Positions 24,086 to 36,519 of a stretch of DNA of 64,000 bases are shown piece after piece; the stretch's first letter is position 1, and each line of letters starts with the position of its first letter. The stretch is from contig NW_003314350.1 in the NCBI RefSeq assembly GCF_000143415.4, positions 717,060-781,059 of the forward strand, given 5' to 3'. A model generated the notes under the pieces. It searched no databases and was not told the origin of the DNA. It was given only the letters and a program-made list of their open reading frames with translations. The stretch is from Selaginella moellendorffii (taxonomy: Eukaryota > Plantae > Lycopodiophyta). Made by a program: the position numbers and the translations under genes.

Positions 24086-26330
24086 ATGAGAAGGCTGGCC
24101 AGAGGACTCGCTACAGACTGTGCAAGCAAACAGCTAAACTTGAGAGAGTACCTCGATTCGAAGCTATGCTCCTCCGATGTCTCCACTCTGGCTCGTCTCA
24201 TCCGCGAGTGTGGTTCTCTGGAAAGCCTGCTAGATGCACAAAAGATTCACAGTCACATTGTAGAGTCTAGCTTTCAGGAAAGCTTTTACCTGCGTGAGCG
24301 CCTCGTCCACATGTACCTCAAGTGTGGCAGTGTCGAGAACGCCGAGGACGTCTTCTTGGACAGGAACAGGATGGCTCACTTCCGAGACGTCACGACGTGG
24401 ACGGCGATGTTGTCCGCATACTCTCGTCAATCCAGCAGCACCACCAAGGTGCTCGAGTTCTACTGCCAGATGCTCCAGCACGGTGTCAAGCCCGACAGCT
24501 TCACTTTCACTGCCGTGTTGAAAGCCTGTGTTTCTGCGAGGAGAGCGTTGAGTGGCGGCAAGGCGATCCACTCCCAGATCTTAGAGAGCGGGCTAGAGGA
24601 CGACGAGATCATCGGAACTTCGGTCGTGAGCATGTATGGGAAGTGCAGCAGCCTGGTTGATGCTCGAGCCTGGTTTGATGGAGTTTGTGTCCGACGTCCG
24701 CATGGAGTGGTGTTGTGGAACGCCATGATCTCGGCTTACGTCCAGAGCGGCTGCTGTGGACAGTCCTTGGAGCTCTTCACGCTGATGCTCTTGGAAGGTG
24801 TCGCTCCAAACAGTGTCACGTATGTCACGGTTCTCAATGCTTGCAGCTCTACATTGACGCTGGGTATTGGCACGGCGGTTCACATCTGTGTTTGCGATCT
24901 CGGCCTCGAGTCGGACGTCCTCCTTGAGCAGGAAGAGCGGGAAGCTGGACGAAGCCCGGAAGATCTTTGAAAGGATCGAAGCTCCGGACTTGGTGTCGTG
25001 GAACTCGATGATATCAGCTCTTGGCCAAGGTGACAGTGCTCGGACGTTGTTCAAGCAGCTACTTCTGGAAGGCCTCGCTCCAAATGCGATCACTCTCATC
25101 TCTACTATCAATGCCTGTGCTTGTCCGGAAGATTTGACGGAAGGAAAGCTGATCCACGCCTGCAGCTATGAAAGTGGCCGGGCGTCGGTACTCTTCATGA
25201 GGAATGCTCTTGTAGACATGTATGGAAAATGCGGCTGTCTAGAGAAAGCTCGCGAACTGTTTGAGTCTAAAACAGTGGAGAGGAACTTAGTCAGTTGGAG
25301 TGTCATGGTTGCGGCTTACGCAGAAAACGGTCATGGTCACGAGGCCCTGCAGCTCTTCAGGATGATGATTCTGGAGGGTCAAAGCCTCGACTCAGTCGTC
25401 TTTGTCAACGTCCTCAATGCTTGTTCTTCGGTAGGAAACGCTGCTGCGGGAGAAGCTCTTCACGGCAACTTAGTTGAGGCTGGATTCGAGTCGGACTTAG
25501 TAGCGGCAACGGCACTCGCCAACATGTATATCAAGTGTGGACGTTTGGAAGACGGGCGACGTGTTTTCAACAGAATGGAGGTCCGAAACGTTGTCAGCTG
25601 GAACACCATGATCTCGGGCTATGCTCAGAACGGTCGTCCCAAAAAAGGCTTGGAACTCTTCCACCAAATGGATCCCGGAGTTGCTGACAAGCGGACGTAT
25701 GTAGCAGCACTGGATGCTTGCGCCTGGTCAGTGGCTGCAACCGAAGGGAAACTTATACACCAGCAAATACTTCAGCAGAAGATGAGTGTCGACGTAATCC
25801 TGGGAACAGCCATTGTCAACATGTATGGAAAATGTGGTTGCTTGAGCGAAGCCCGGAAGTTCTTTGATAGTATACCTCTTCCCGACGTCGTCACTTGCAA
25901 TGCCATGATAGCTGGTTATGCTCAGCACGATCACCTCGGCAAAGCTCTTGGTCTGTTCGCCAAAATGAAGCAGGAGGGAGTGAGACCCGATGGTGCCACC
26001 TTTGTTAGTGTTCTGTGTGCTTGTAGCCAGTAACTTGAAAAAAGGATCCGAGTTCTTCATATCAATGCTGGTCGATTATGAGTTTAAGATTTCTGTTGAG
26101 CACTGTGGTTGCATGCTGGATCAGCCGGTCAGGAATGCTGCGTGAAGCGGAGGATCTCCTAAAAAAGTATCTGACTTCAGCCAGAGACACCAAGTGGATA
26201 ACGTTGCTGGCCGCGTCTAAGACTGAGAGTGATGCAACCGTGGCTCAAAACGCAGCAGAGGGCCTTATGAACTGCCGCCCAAGAGCTCTTTCCCATACGT
26301 CGTGCTTTCCACTGCTTTGAGCACTGATGA
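24086..26330 (+). pseudogene. PLS-class PPR pseudogene
   Basis: PPR repeats split by a frameshift near 24925, a stop at 26031 and further frameshifts in the E region. Confidence 0.85.
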
Positions 26331-27169
26331 GGAGGCTGCCTGAGAATTAGAGCTATAGCGTGTAAAATTCAACAGACCTGAATCGAAAAATTGCCTGCAG
26401 AAAAAAAAAGTTTATGATGAAGCAATGTGAAATAGTAAGCCTACCTGTCGACAGCTGAGAAAGATGGTACCGATTGAGGCACATGCTGAAAGTTTTCACA
26501 CACGTTTCTCTCATCAGCTCGTGAACTTGGTCAAAAGATTGCCTTGCGTCCACAAACTTGACGACAAATATGGCATGCAATTCCTAAAAGGGTGAGTGTT
26601 ACTGTTGTAGATTTCACCATGTCGCAGTTTTTTATTGGTTCGGCATTAGATGTCATTTGCTCATGGATACCCTAGCCTGATGGGTTAATGATATCCCCAT
26701 AAATATAAACAATGTGCTATACATAGATGCCACATCATGACATAGGGATTCATTAGGTCATAAGGTTTAGGATATGCTTTCTTGCTTTAGTGCCTTGCTT
26801 TAGTGCTATGTTATTTAGCATGTTTCTTGGTAGTAGATGTGAAAGGTAATTTAGTTTGCTAGTGATTGATTTCAAATGTTTTTGTGGGTAGTGTTGGAAA
26901 TGGTTTTGATTTACTACTTAAATTGTTCTTTATGGATTTTCAAGTTCCTACCATGAATATAGTTCCTTCCCTAGTTTACTTCAAATTTGTGTCATTAAAA
27001 CTTTTTCTTCCAAGTTTACTGGAAGACATGGAGGAAGACGAGGTGGATGGCCTTCCATCCAATTTTAGTGATTTGGACTATGGTTCCAGTATGGATAGTG
27101 ACAATGATGCTCTCCCAGAGGTTTGTTTAGTTTCCAGCCTTCTAGATTCATGATTTGCACGTTTCTAGG

Positions 27170-27575
27170 CTTTCTATAAGTTTTTGCAATCAAGGGGATT
27201 CAGTAGTTCAGCTGCATTTGTCACTTGGGATGCACCTGAAGATCCTCGAGACTAAAACTATTGCTTACTTCGCATGCTATCTTAGAATTTCCAAGCAAAC
27301 ACTGTACAAATACATGCGGCTTGTCGATCCAAATTGGAAAAGTGTATATTACAGAGTACCACCCGAAGAGGTACTTCATTATGTTCAAACTAACAATGCC
27401 ATGAATCGAGGTGCCACAAACTGGGGGATTATCAATTCCTGATCTAGCTGTCGAATTGGAGGATACCAGTTAACCGACACCAAATTCATGAGGCCTTAGC
27501 CACTCACGATCCAAATAGGCTAGAACAAAGGCATATGACAAAGATTTAACGATGGATTTATAAAAACGAGGAGGT
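27170..27575 (+). mobile_element. Degenerate DDE transposase/integrase-like N-terminal relic
   Basis: HTH-like LRISKQTLYKYM, then after a frameshift WG..YQFL..IPVNRHQIHEALATHDPNRLEQR..I*RWIY, resembling the V.R..V...L...DP...R....RR.Y pattern of integrase-core transposases. Confidence 0.4.
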
Positions 27576-28274
27576 TTATGCACTTGTTATATAGATTGTG
27601 AGTATTCTTTTATTTTTGTTTTTTTGTTAGCACATGTGGTAACATGTTTATTGTAGCATATTGCAAGCTTGTAAACTATGGTTTCTATGTACATGCTATT
27701 ATTTGTGGGGCAACTCATTATATTGTAGCTTGCAAGCTAACTACCTAGATTCCTAGTGATAAAACTTTTTACGTCATTTGTGTATATCAGCTAGGATCCT
27801 TGTTTTCTGCACAGGCATCAGTCTCAAATTCAAGTGCCATCATCACAATTACAGGGGCAACTGGTGTTTTCATAGTAAACCATTTCATGCTGTATGTTTA
27901 TGTTTGTGTTTACAAATCACTGTCTTAAGTTCTCTCTGCAGAGCAAAATGTCAGAAGCAGGTGGATGGAAGAGGAAGTGTTTTGAACTATAGAAAGGATA
28001 CATGATATTCAACCGCTCCAAAGAGGTGGTGCTTCCTGCTTTTGTTATTGCCGTTGCCTTGCAGCCCTAACCACACTGTAAAACGTCAACAAATGTAAGC
28101 AACAGTTACATTTCCTTCCTGACATTGTTTTCTATTTTCTTTACTCTTGAGCTCTCTGAATCACTGGCGATCCATTCTTGATGGCTAGACTCATATTGAT
28201 ACTGTAACGGTCTGATACTTAAAACTTTGGCAACAGAGCAGCTACCAGAGACTTCATTTGCAGCATAGCCATAG

Positions 28275-30220
28275 ACCACCATCTCTCATCGCCATCTCGC
28301 CAAGACCAAGGATCAAACTCGGTGTATATGTATGTGACTTAACTGATGCCTTCTGTTTTGCTTTCCAGGCTTGTCTGCCAAGCCAGCCGAGAGGGCTGAG
28401 GCGTCGTCAAAGTCGTCCGCGAAAGACATATCGCCGCGCTCGAGAAGCCCGTCACCGGCAGCGTCGAGCAGTCCTGTGACGCCGGCCTCGCCTCCCAGGT
28501 TCGTCGACGAGCTCAAGCTCCAGCTAGAAAAGGGGGAGATGCTCAAGAGATCCATCCCGGCAAATGCTGGATCAGCAGCACCACCACCACCAAGGCAGTG
28601 GATTGGTGTGTAGAGGCGGTGGAGATGATTCGCAGTGCCAAGTTTTAAAGGTTTTGCACTGTGGAAGGCAGCAGGAGCAAGCTAAGAACAGGCCAAACTC
28701 ACACACACACACACACACACAAGAAAACAAAGAGAGTAGCTTATATTTATACTTATAACTCTTCTCTTCCAAAATCCTTGTGTATTTCTCCCTCTCTCTC
28801 TTTCTCTCTTTCTTTAGTTCTTTTCTCGTCTAGAGAGCATATTCGCTGGATGCATGGATGGATGGAAGTTTGATCACAAACAATGCCCTTGGAAAGATTA
28901 TGGAGGGATAGAACAGTCAAAAGCAAAGGAAAATTCTTTGATTAAAACTCTTTGAACATTCTTCCAAGCTTCTAAACAATGGGTTGTTTGGTGATAGTTT
29001 TGAATAGATCATTCGCAGCACAAGATGTTTGAAAGTTTGACACTGGGCTCGGCTGGTGCTCGCTCCTTCCAGCACGTGCGCTGGTCCTACCATTCCAGAC
29101 TATTCTAGTTTAAGGCCGTGTCCCAAAGACAGCACATTTAGACCGACGCTTTCTCTCGGGGGAGTCACGGTTTGTTGCCTAAATCGAGTCGCCACACTAG
29201 GAGTTAGTGTTTTGCATTGTTACCTACAAAGAGCCAACCAAAGAGGAAGGAGAGGAGAAAAAGATTGGGTTTGAGTGGCTTGGCACACTAGAACACACTC
29301 TTTTGCTATTGGTCCACCACCAAATTTTAGATCAGGTGGATGGATGACAATTGTAAATAAAATATACCTATTAAAGCTATTATTATAAACTTTATTAAAA
29401 TAAAATTAATATAATCTGACTAATATTTCTGTTATTAATGAATTATTCCTCAAAATCTTGACAAAAATTAACTTTGTAAGGTTTGTAATATATATATGTA
29501 CATACATATATTACCCTGGCTAGATAATACACTAATTATAGTACTATAGCATATGGACTGTTCATTTATGATTAAATTTGGTTCATCCAATCTTATATAT
29601 AAGTAAGCTATTAAGATACATAATTCTATATCTTGAGCACTCACAACTTGAACAATTATATATTATAGCTCAGAACTAATAGTTTAATTTGCAACCTTAC
29701 TAAATAAATGTGATTGTAAAGAAAAAGAAAATTAGTTAGAAAATTAAAGCTTGTGTCTTAAACAATATTTATTTAGATTGAAATAAATATTTATTTTAGA
29801 GTTTTTTAATTCTAAAAAATACTTAATTTAATAATTTTATATGTTATTTTCAATGTATAGTTTTTTTTAAAAATAAATTATACACTGTATATAAAAGTGA
29901 GGTATAATCTTATTAATTCCTTACTTAGAAAACATAAAGAATCCAAATATAATAACTAATTAGATAACCTTTCTTACTTAATATAATTAAAATAATAACT
30001 AAATTAAATTATAAAACAATTAAAATCAGTGGTATTGTGTTATTTTAATGTTTTTAAGTAAAGTAAAATGTGGTAATATATCTTATGATTGTATTTACAG
30101 CATATTTTGTTACTTTTAAGATAGTTAAAAAATAGTATATCAGATTACAAATTTAAATAAATACAATTTAAAAATATTATAACATACATCCTCATATACA
30201 CCATTATTTCAAAATTTTAT
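28275..30220 (+). repeat. Segmental duplicate of the JAZ last intron/exon, 3'UTR and AT-rich flank (equivalent to 13275-15012 + 22819-23115)
   Basis: Near-identical last exon SAKPAE..RQWIGV*, (CA)n and downstream sequence; colinearity resumes after the LTR insertion in copy 1. Confidence 0.92.
29475..29645 (+). mobile_element. Solo LTR of the 15013-22818 family, 4-bp TSD ACTT
   Basis: TGTAAGGTTTGT...GAGCACTCACA flanked by actt; the equivalent site near 14652 in copy 1 is empty. Confidence 0.8.
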
Positions 30221-30250
30221 AAAGTCATGCCTGATGGAAGGAAGAATGTA

Positions 30251-30540
30251 ACCATCTTGAGAGTGCTCAACCTGATGGATCCAATGGCACCAGACTACAA
30301 AAGCATATCAACGAAGGCACACATGGTATTCCACTACAAGGTCTGGCAGCTGGTAGCTTAGCTCCAAGATTTGCAGCCACTGCACCTCTCAGAGCTCGGA
30401 TTTGAGACCAAGCACGCATTCTTGGAGCTCTTCAGCAGTATCGACATTGATTCCCAGAGAAGAAGCCTGCTAGGTGCTCGATCCTCCACAGCGGATTCAC
30501 AGTAGCCACATTGCCAATCCCTGGATCACTAAGCACCTCC
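30251..30540 (-). pseudogene. ZIP4: Degenerate ZIP4 5' fragment (copy A)
   Basis: Colinear with 34455-34800 (ccatcttgagagtgctc...gagctcggatttgag..caagcacgcattcttggag..gcggattcacagtagcc). Confidence 0.65.
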
Positions 30541-31042
30541 GAGATGAGCATCCTGACAGCAAGCGATCCCGCGTCCAGTCCTGCCAAGCATAGCCGCTCA
30601 ACTGCAAGATGTACGCGTGGCCACCCGTAATTGATGTTTTGTCGGTGGAATTAAATATTGCCACGTGTAAAAAGTTTTGATTCATCTTCTCGAGAACAAG
30701 ACTGCCAGTACATGTACAGCCTGACAGCTAATGCGACCATTAAAAAAGCAATGGAAGGTCTCTTGGTGGGACATTGATTTGATCTTCTCTTCTTTTGAAA
30801 GGTAATCTCGTCACACGCGACTAGTCTAAGTCGTGCTTTAGTCTTCTTTTCCTCCGTTTTTAATGGTGTCATCTAAAAAATTAGAAAACGCGCAAACGTG
30901 TTGCATCATTTTGTATGTCTGAACTGGCGAGTTTCAGTGCAAGAAAGAAAAGAAAAAGAAACGGCATTTTACCTTGAAAAGGTGTCGAGATTGTCGTGCA
31001 AGAATTCACGAGTCTGTTAAGCAAAATACAGAGCTTGTATCC

Positions 31043-34000
31043 ATGGCCCGCCTCGATCCCACGGGTGTGCTGGGAGTGCTTGTTTCTGAAGCTGTTAAAG
31101 AAGTGATTGGGCTTGCCAAGTCTGCCATTCATTGCAAGGAGAAGTGCAGCGAGTTGGAAGTTTCATTGACCGAAGCATCAGGTCTGTTAGATGAAATGAA
31201 CAAATATTCTGCTGCCGAGGGCTCTCTGAGCTCCTCACAACTGGATACCTTGCTGAGAGCCCTCCAAGCCCAGGTTGAAGAGGCTAAACCTCTTATTCTT
31301 GAGTGCCAGTCTCTGCAAAATCCCATTCTAGATGGCCTAAAGAGGTTGGTTGTGCGTCTATTGGGATATTTCTGAATTGAGTTTGTGATTTTGTTTCAGG
31401 ATACAGCTTGCTACCAAGATTGACGACTGCTCCAAGGCGATCCACGAGCTCTTGGCTGCAGCTCCTCGAAATCTTGACATTGAGATTCTACATACATTGA
31501 AGAAGCAAAAGGAGGTGCCCTCTAATGTAGTTCCTAACTTCCTAAGGAAGAACAGCATGTTGTTCCTGAGCACATTTTCGGCATGGAAGAGACTCTGGAG
31601 CGGGTTGTATCAGACTTGCTGGAGTCCCCTGTAAGCAGAAAGTGGGTTGGAGTCCATGGAGCAGGAGGTGCTGGAAAAACACTCCTGGCCAAACGAGTAT
31701 GTGCCAACGATCAAGTCAAGGGGCATTTCGATCCAGTTTTGTGGCTAACATTCGGTCAGTCGGTTCAGGTACGTTCCTTAAGCGTATAATGCAACATATT
31801 GAGCGGCTATGGTTGTATCTCCTCAGGTGGAAGCAAAGCAACACGAACTTGGCGAACAAATTGAACTGGAAGGTCGGGTCAGCAATGAAACACTGAGGAG
31901 GGGGCTTGCTGGGAAGAGATGCTTGCTGGTGTTGGATGATGTCTGGAAGTCCATCCATTTGGATCTCTTGGATGTGGTGCAAGAGAATGGAAGCAAGATT
32001 TTCATTACCACTCGAAAACGTGATGTGCTTGACAGTAGAGGTGCAATCAAAACCGAAATGGGGTTCTTGGGAAAGGAAGACAGCATGAAGTTGTTCACAG
32101 TCCACGCATTCCCAAACCAAAAACATGCTCAAGTCAGCAAGGAAGTAGTGGAGCAAGTTGTGGAAAAGTGTGGGGGGCTTCCACTGGTCTTGAAGGTAAT
32201 TGGCAGAAGAATGGCAGGCACACAAGATTGGGACTATGTTCTGAGCAAACTCAAGGATCAACGACTTATTGCTCTTGATGAGGAACAACAGGTACTGGAG
32301 CGACTCAAGCTGGGTTACGATGCATTGTTGCCTCTTCGCATCCACCAGCACTTTCTCTTCTTCGCAGCATTTCCAGAAGACTATCCGATTGGATTTTGGG
32401 ACCTGTCAGGTGTTGGAAAGGGGAAGGGCTGGTTGCCAACATAGCAGAGGCCACGAATGTTCTAGAAAGGCTCAAGAATCACGCACTTATCACTGAAGAA
32501 GAAAAAGAACAGATTGATTTAGAATACAAGAGGTACAGGATCCACGATGCGTTGCTGGCTCTTGCTTTGCACATCCTGGAACGAGAAGGCCCCAAGTGTT
32601 ATTTCAAGGCTGGGCAGTCGCAGATGAGGGATGTGGGGGACGCCTTCACGAGTAACTACAGCAGGATTTCACTGTTTGGGTGTCGAATTTCGGAAATCCC
32701 TCTACTTAAGAAGAACAGGGTCAAAGTTTCCAGCACCACTTGCCTGCTCTTGGATTATAATCGCAATCTCACTGCATTGCCAAGCCTCTCTCATTTCAGA
32801 AGCTTGAAGGTTTTGTGCCTGAGCCACACTGGGGTGGTAAGTTTGCCACATAGCATTGGACAGCTCAAGACTCTGGAGACTCTGGATTTGTCTTCGAGTA
32901 GGTCACTCCAAAGCATCCCAGATTCACTGGGCAACTTGGCGAATTTATCATATTTGAACCTGGAAGACTGCAGGAAACTCAAGTCTTTCCCTGTGGATGC
33001 TTTGCTCAAACTCACCAAGCTGGTCTACTTAAACGGAAGGGGATGTTGGGGAATGTGGACATGCCACAGGCTGCATCATCGGCTTTTCAAACAGAAGAAA
33101 TGCTTGAACAGGAGGTTTGGAAGATTCTATCTGGATGGGATGTTTCAGGCATTGACAGAGTTGGCGGTGTTGATTATTGATACAGGGTTGGCTGTGGATC
33201 TACCAGCAAGCATAGGCAAACTGGCCCATTTGAAACAGTTGGAAATACATGGTCAAACAGGGGGAACATGTGAGAGCTTTAAGGGCTTGCCCGACCTTGA
33301 GATTTTGAGACTGGAGGGATTGGAGCTTCCATTGACCTCAGACTGGGACTGGAGCAGATTTCCGAGGTTGAGAACTTTGGAAGTGAGCTGCTTTGGGAAA
33401 AGTGGCTTTAAAGTAACCTCCAACATGGAGAACTTGCAAGAATTGGTTATTGAGGACAATGACCACCTTGAGGGGCTTCCTTTCTTAACACAGGAAATGT
33501 TTCCCATGCTGACAAAACTCTGCCTTTGGGGATGCCAAAAGTTGATTGGGGTGCCCACCATCTCTCAACTGGCATCACTCAAGGTCCTCGACATCAACAC
33601 CTGTCCCTCCTTGAAGGACCTCTCCATCTCGTTCCTTCCAAATCTAGAGGCAGTTAATCTATATTGCTGCGACGATGTGACCACCATCAACATATCCGAG
33701 TGCCCATCACTGACAGTTGTTCGACTTGAGTCCTTTCGCATGCATGCCCGTGTTGTTGCATTCGGTGGCAACTTCCCACGACTTCAAGCAATAATCCTTG
33801 GTGGATTTGAACAGCTTCCAGACTCTCTAGGTGCCATGGATGCCTTCCCACAGCTGACGTGGCTGCAAATTAGCAGCTGTGGTATTGACCAACTACCAGA
33901 ATGGTTCGCATCACTCACAACGTTGAGAACTCTGGAATTATGTTCTTTGAAGAACTTGGATGTGATACCCGATGGTGTTGCAAGGCTTCCTTTGCTAAGG

Positions 34001-34171
34001 GAGCTTGATCTGAGAGGTTGCAAGAAGATCAACATGTTACCTTTTGCAGATTCTGAAGACAGCTCCTTCTATCCATCCTTGGAGAACTTATGCTTGATAG
34101 ACACATCCGTCTCTCAAAAGCACCTCTCGGAACACCTTCGAAAAATTCCAAAGCTTTCATGGGAATTATGA
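31043..34171 (+). CDS. NLR with RPW8-like N-terminus, NB-ARC and LRR; one apparent 1-bp frameshift near 32405
   Basis: P-loop GAGGAGKT, kinase-2 LLVLDDVW, GSKIFITTR, CGGLPL, FAAFPED, IHD, then a long LRR region. Confidence 0.88.
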
Positions 34172-34199
34172 GGACCTCTGCAATAACCAAATCTCAAAT

Positions 34200-34449
34200 T
34201 AACGAAGCTTTGGAACAATGCAGAGAGTCCATCTTTCATGATCAGTGTCATGTTGGCAGTACTCCAGTTCAACCTGGAAAACGAACAGACAGAATCATAG
34301 TACCAAAGCAACAAGCCTCGCTTTACCTCGAGCAAACAAACTAGCACCCGTAAAGAGATCACGCACAGCTTCGCACGAGAAGAAATATGAATCAAGACGG
34401 CAATAGCTTTGGTCTCTGCTTGAAACATGAGCATCGTCATGTCATACAA
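34200..34449 (-). pseudogene. Fused remnant of the CYP94 3' end and a METTL6 fragment (deletion scar)
   Basis: 34200-34256 matches 37806-37859; 34257-34449 matches about 40056-40268. Confidence 0.85.
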
Positions 34450-34454
34450 ATCTG

Positions 34455-34810
34455 GCCATCTTGAGAGTGCTCCACCGGGTAGATGCCAAGAAGAGCATCT
34501 CGCTCGCGATCTGACGAAGCCGAGCGTGGTATTCCGCCGAGGAATCCACCGCTGCGCGGCCTGGCGGCTGCTGCTGCTGCTGTTGCTGGATGCTGCTGGC
34601 GATATCCACGCAGGTGTTCCAGATCCGGTAGCTCAGCTTCCAGATTTGCAGCCGTTGCTCCTCGGAGAGCTCGGATTTGAGGCCAAGCACGCATTCTTGG
34701 AGTTCGGAGAAGTCTGCTCGATGTTGCAAACGAGGCGCTCGATTCTCCGCAGCGGATTCACAGTAGCCTCATCCCTGGATGAGTATCGTGAGAGGAAGCG
34801 ATCGCCGCGT
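34455..34810 (-). pseudogene. ZIP4: ZIP4/SPO22 N-terminal fragment (copy B)
   Basis: LQIWKLSYRIWNTCVDI...HARLRQIASEMLFLA matches the plant ZIP4 N-terminus; truncated and frameshifted. Confidence 0.78.
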
Positions 34811-34867
34811 AGCCCTAGAATATTTTCCCTTTCCTCTTTGTTAGGGCTCGGGAATCGATCGGTGCGC

Positions 34868-35500
34868 CATGGGACAGCAATGAAGGCGTGGAAGGTATGG
34901 AATCTCTCGTAGTTGCCGCTTCACAGCTTTAGCTTTGAGCAAGATTTTCCGCGAGAGGTACGTTCGCTAAACACGCGACGGTATCGACATGCTCTCTTCA
35001 GCGGCATCGTCACACTCATTATGGGAGGGTCCTTCATCCTGATTTTGATCTTTTTTCTTCAGCTTGCAGAGCGGTCCTTCTCAAATGCATTCAGTACAAC
35101 AGGAATTGTCTGCGGCTTCCTGATAATGCTCGTTGTGGCCTCGGCAAATACTTACACTTGTGATCTGCTTCTCAGACAAGCTTATTCTCGATTACGAGTC
35201 TCTTGCTTTCCACATTGGTGGGAAGTGGTGGAAGGTTCTGTCTTTTTTCTTTTCGTTTTTTAAGTTTCTAAAGGCTTTCTCTCTTTTCTTTTTTTTCACA
35301 GCTTGCTACCGAAATTAGCATAGTGATTCTGCTCATTGGGACCATTGTAGGCAGCATTCAACAAGGTAGTGAAGCTGCTGTCATCGGGCATTGAAAACAT
35401 CACTTCCAATGCTAACAGGTAGCAGGCGTGTGCTTATGATCCTGTCCGTCGTCTTCATTGTCGCTCCACTTTGCCTGGTGGAAAAAATGAGACAGGTATA
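34868..35500 (+). pseudogene. Amino-acid transporter (Aa_trans/AVT-like) 5' fragment
   Basis: AFSTTGIVCGFLIMLVVASANTYTCDLLL..DYESLAFHIGGKWWK|LATEISIVILLIGTIVG; stops and frameshifts. Confidence 0.65.
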
Positions 35501-35913
35501 ATTTTGACATTCTTTGTCTTCTGATTTAACTTCAATGCAGCTCGAATTTTTTGCAACTGTAGGAACATCGATTGTCATCTGGCTAGAAACTTTCAGTATT
35601 TTTACCTTGATTGACAGGCTGACCACCAATATTCTATTGACCGCAACCACGACATTCTTTTCTTACCCTCTTATCGTTGGGAATTCCAGAGACAATCAGC
35701 TATCGAAAGAACGCAGAGAAAAAATCTAAAGGACCATTTGGACAGTCCCGGGAGGAGGAGACTCTGGATGAAATTTCAATCGCAGGGAGATTTAAACAGA
35801 CAGGGATGGAACTCTGATGGAAAGTCTTTTTCAGGAATCGTTTTCATGGGTGCAGAATGGAAATGACTGCGAAAAGAGGAAGAAATGTTTCAATCCACTT
35901 CGCCTTGACCTTC

Positions 35914-36345
35914 CTAGTTCTTGTCCTTTGAACTCCTTTTCGAGGCTGTCCTGGGCCTGACCAGATGCTCAGGTGTAAACCAGAGCAACGAATCGCCACG
36001 ACTCATGTTACGTAGCATCTTGATGAAGTCCTGCCCAGAAAAGCCAAACAATTCAGATGTCTTTCCAGAAGAACTTCGGTACTCTAAACGTTAGTATGAT
36101 CGTACCTGGGGCATCTCGTGCACGTAGTCCGAGTAGGGGAAGTTTGGACAGTTTTCACCCCGGAACTTGATGTAAGCTCGGTCATAGATCCTGTGATTAA
36201 ACATTTTATCAAAGATCTTTCTAGAAAAGAAAGGAAACAAAGCGGCTTCTGGGGTGCTGGATGACTCGATGTATATCTGTTTGTTCTTGTCGACAGCCCT
36301 GATGGTTATAGATCCATAACTTGGACGGATGGGCGACACACGGTG
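35914..36345 (-). pseudogene. AP2-domain gene remnant
   Basis: KQIYIESSSTPEAA..IYDRAYIKFRG..NFPYSDY..|DFIKMLRNMSRG resembles the AP2 helix plus linker (AYDRAAIKFRG..NF..SDY..EFVHILRR). Confidence 0.55.
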
Positions 36346-36519
36346 TCCAGCCCCGTTGCCGTGAAGACCATGGCTTGATCATGATTCTTATGGAGTAGAC
36401 GGGGTTGCGAGGCAGAAGAGTTGATAGCATGCCTTTCACTCCCGACGACGTTTCATGTGACTACACAACGTTGTGGAGTGTGGGAACGAGTAGTCAGTAA
36501 CATCTTCTACTTACAACAT

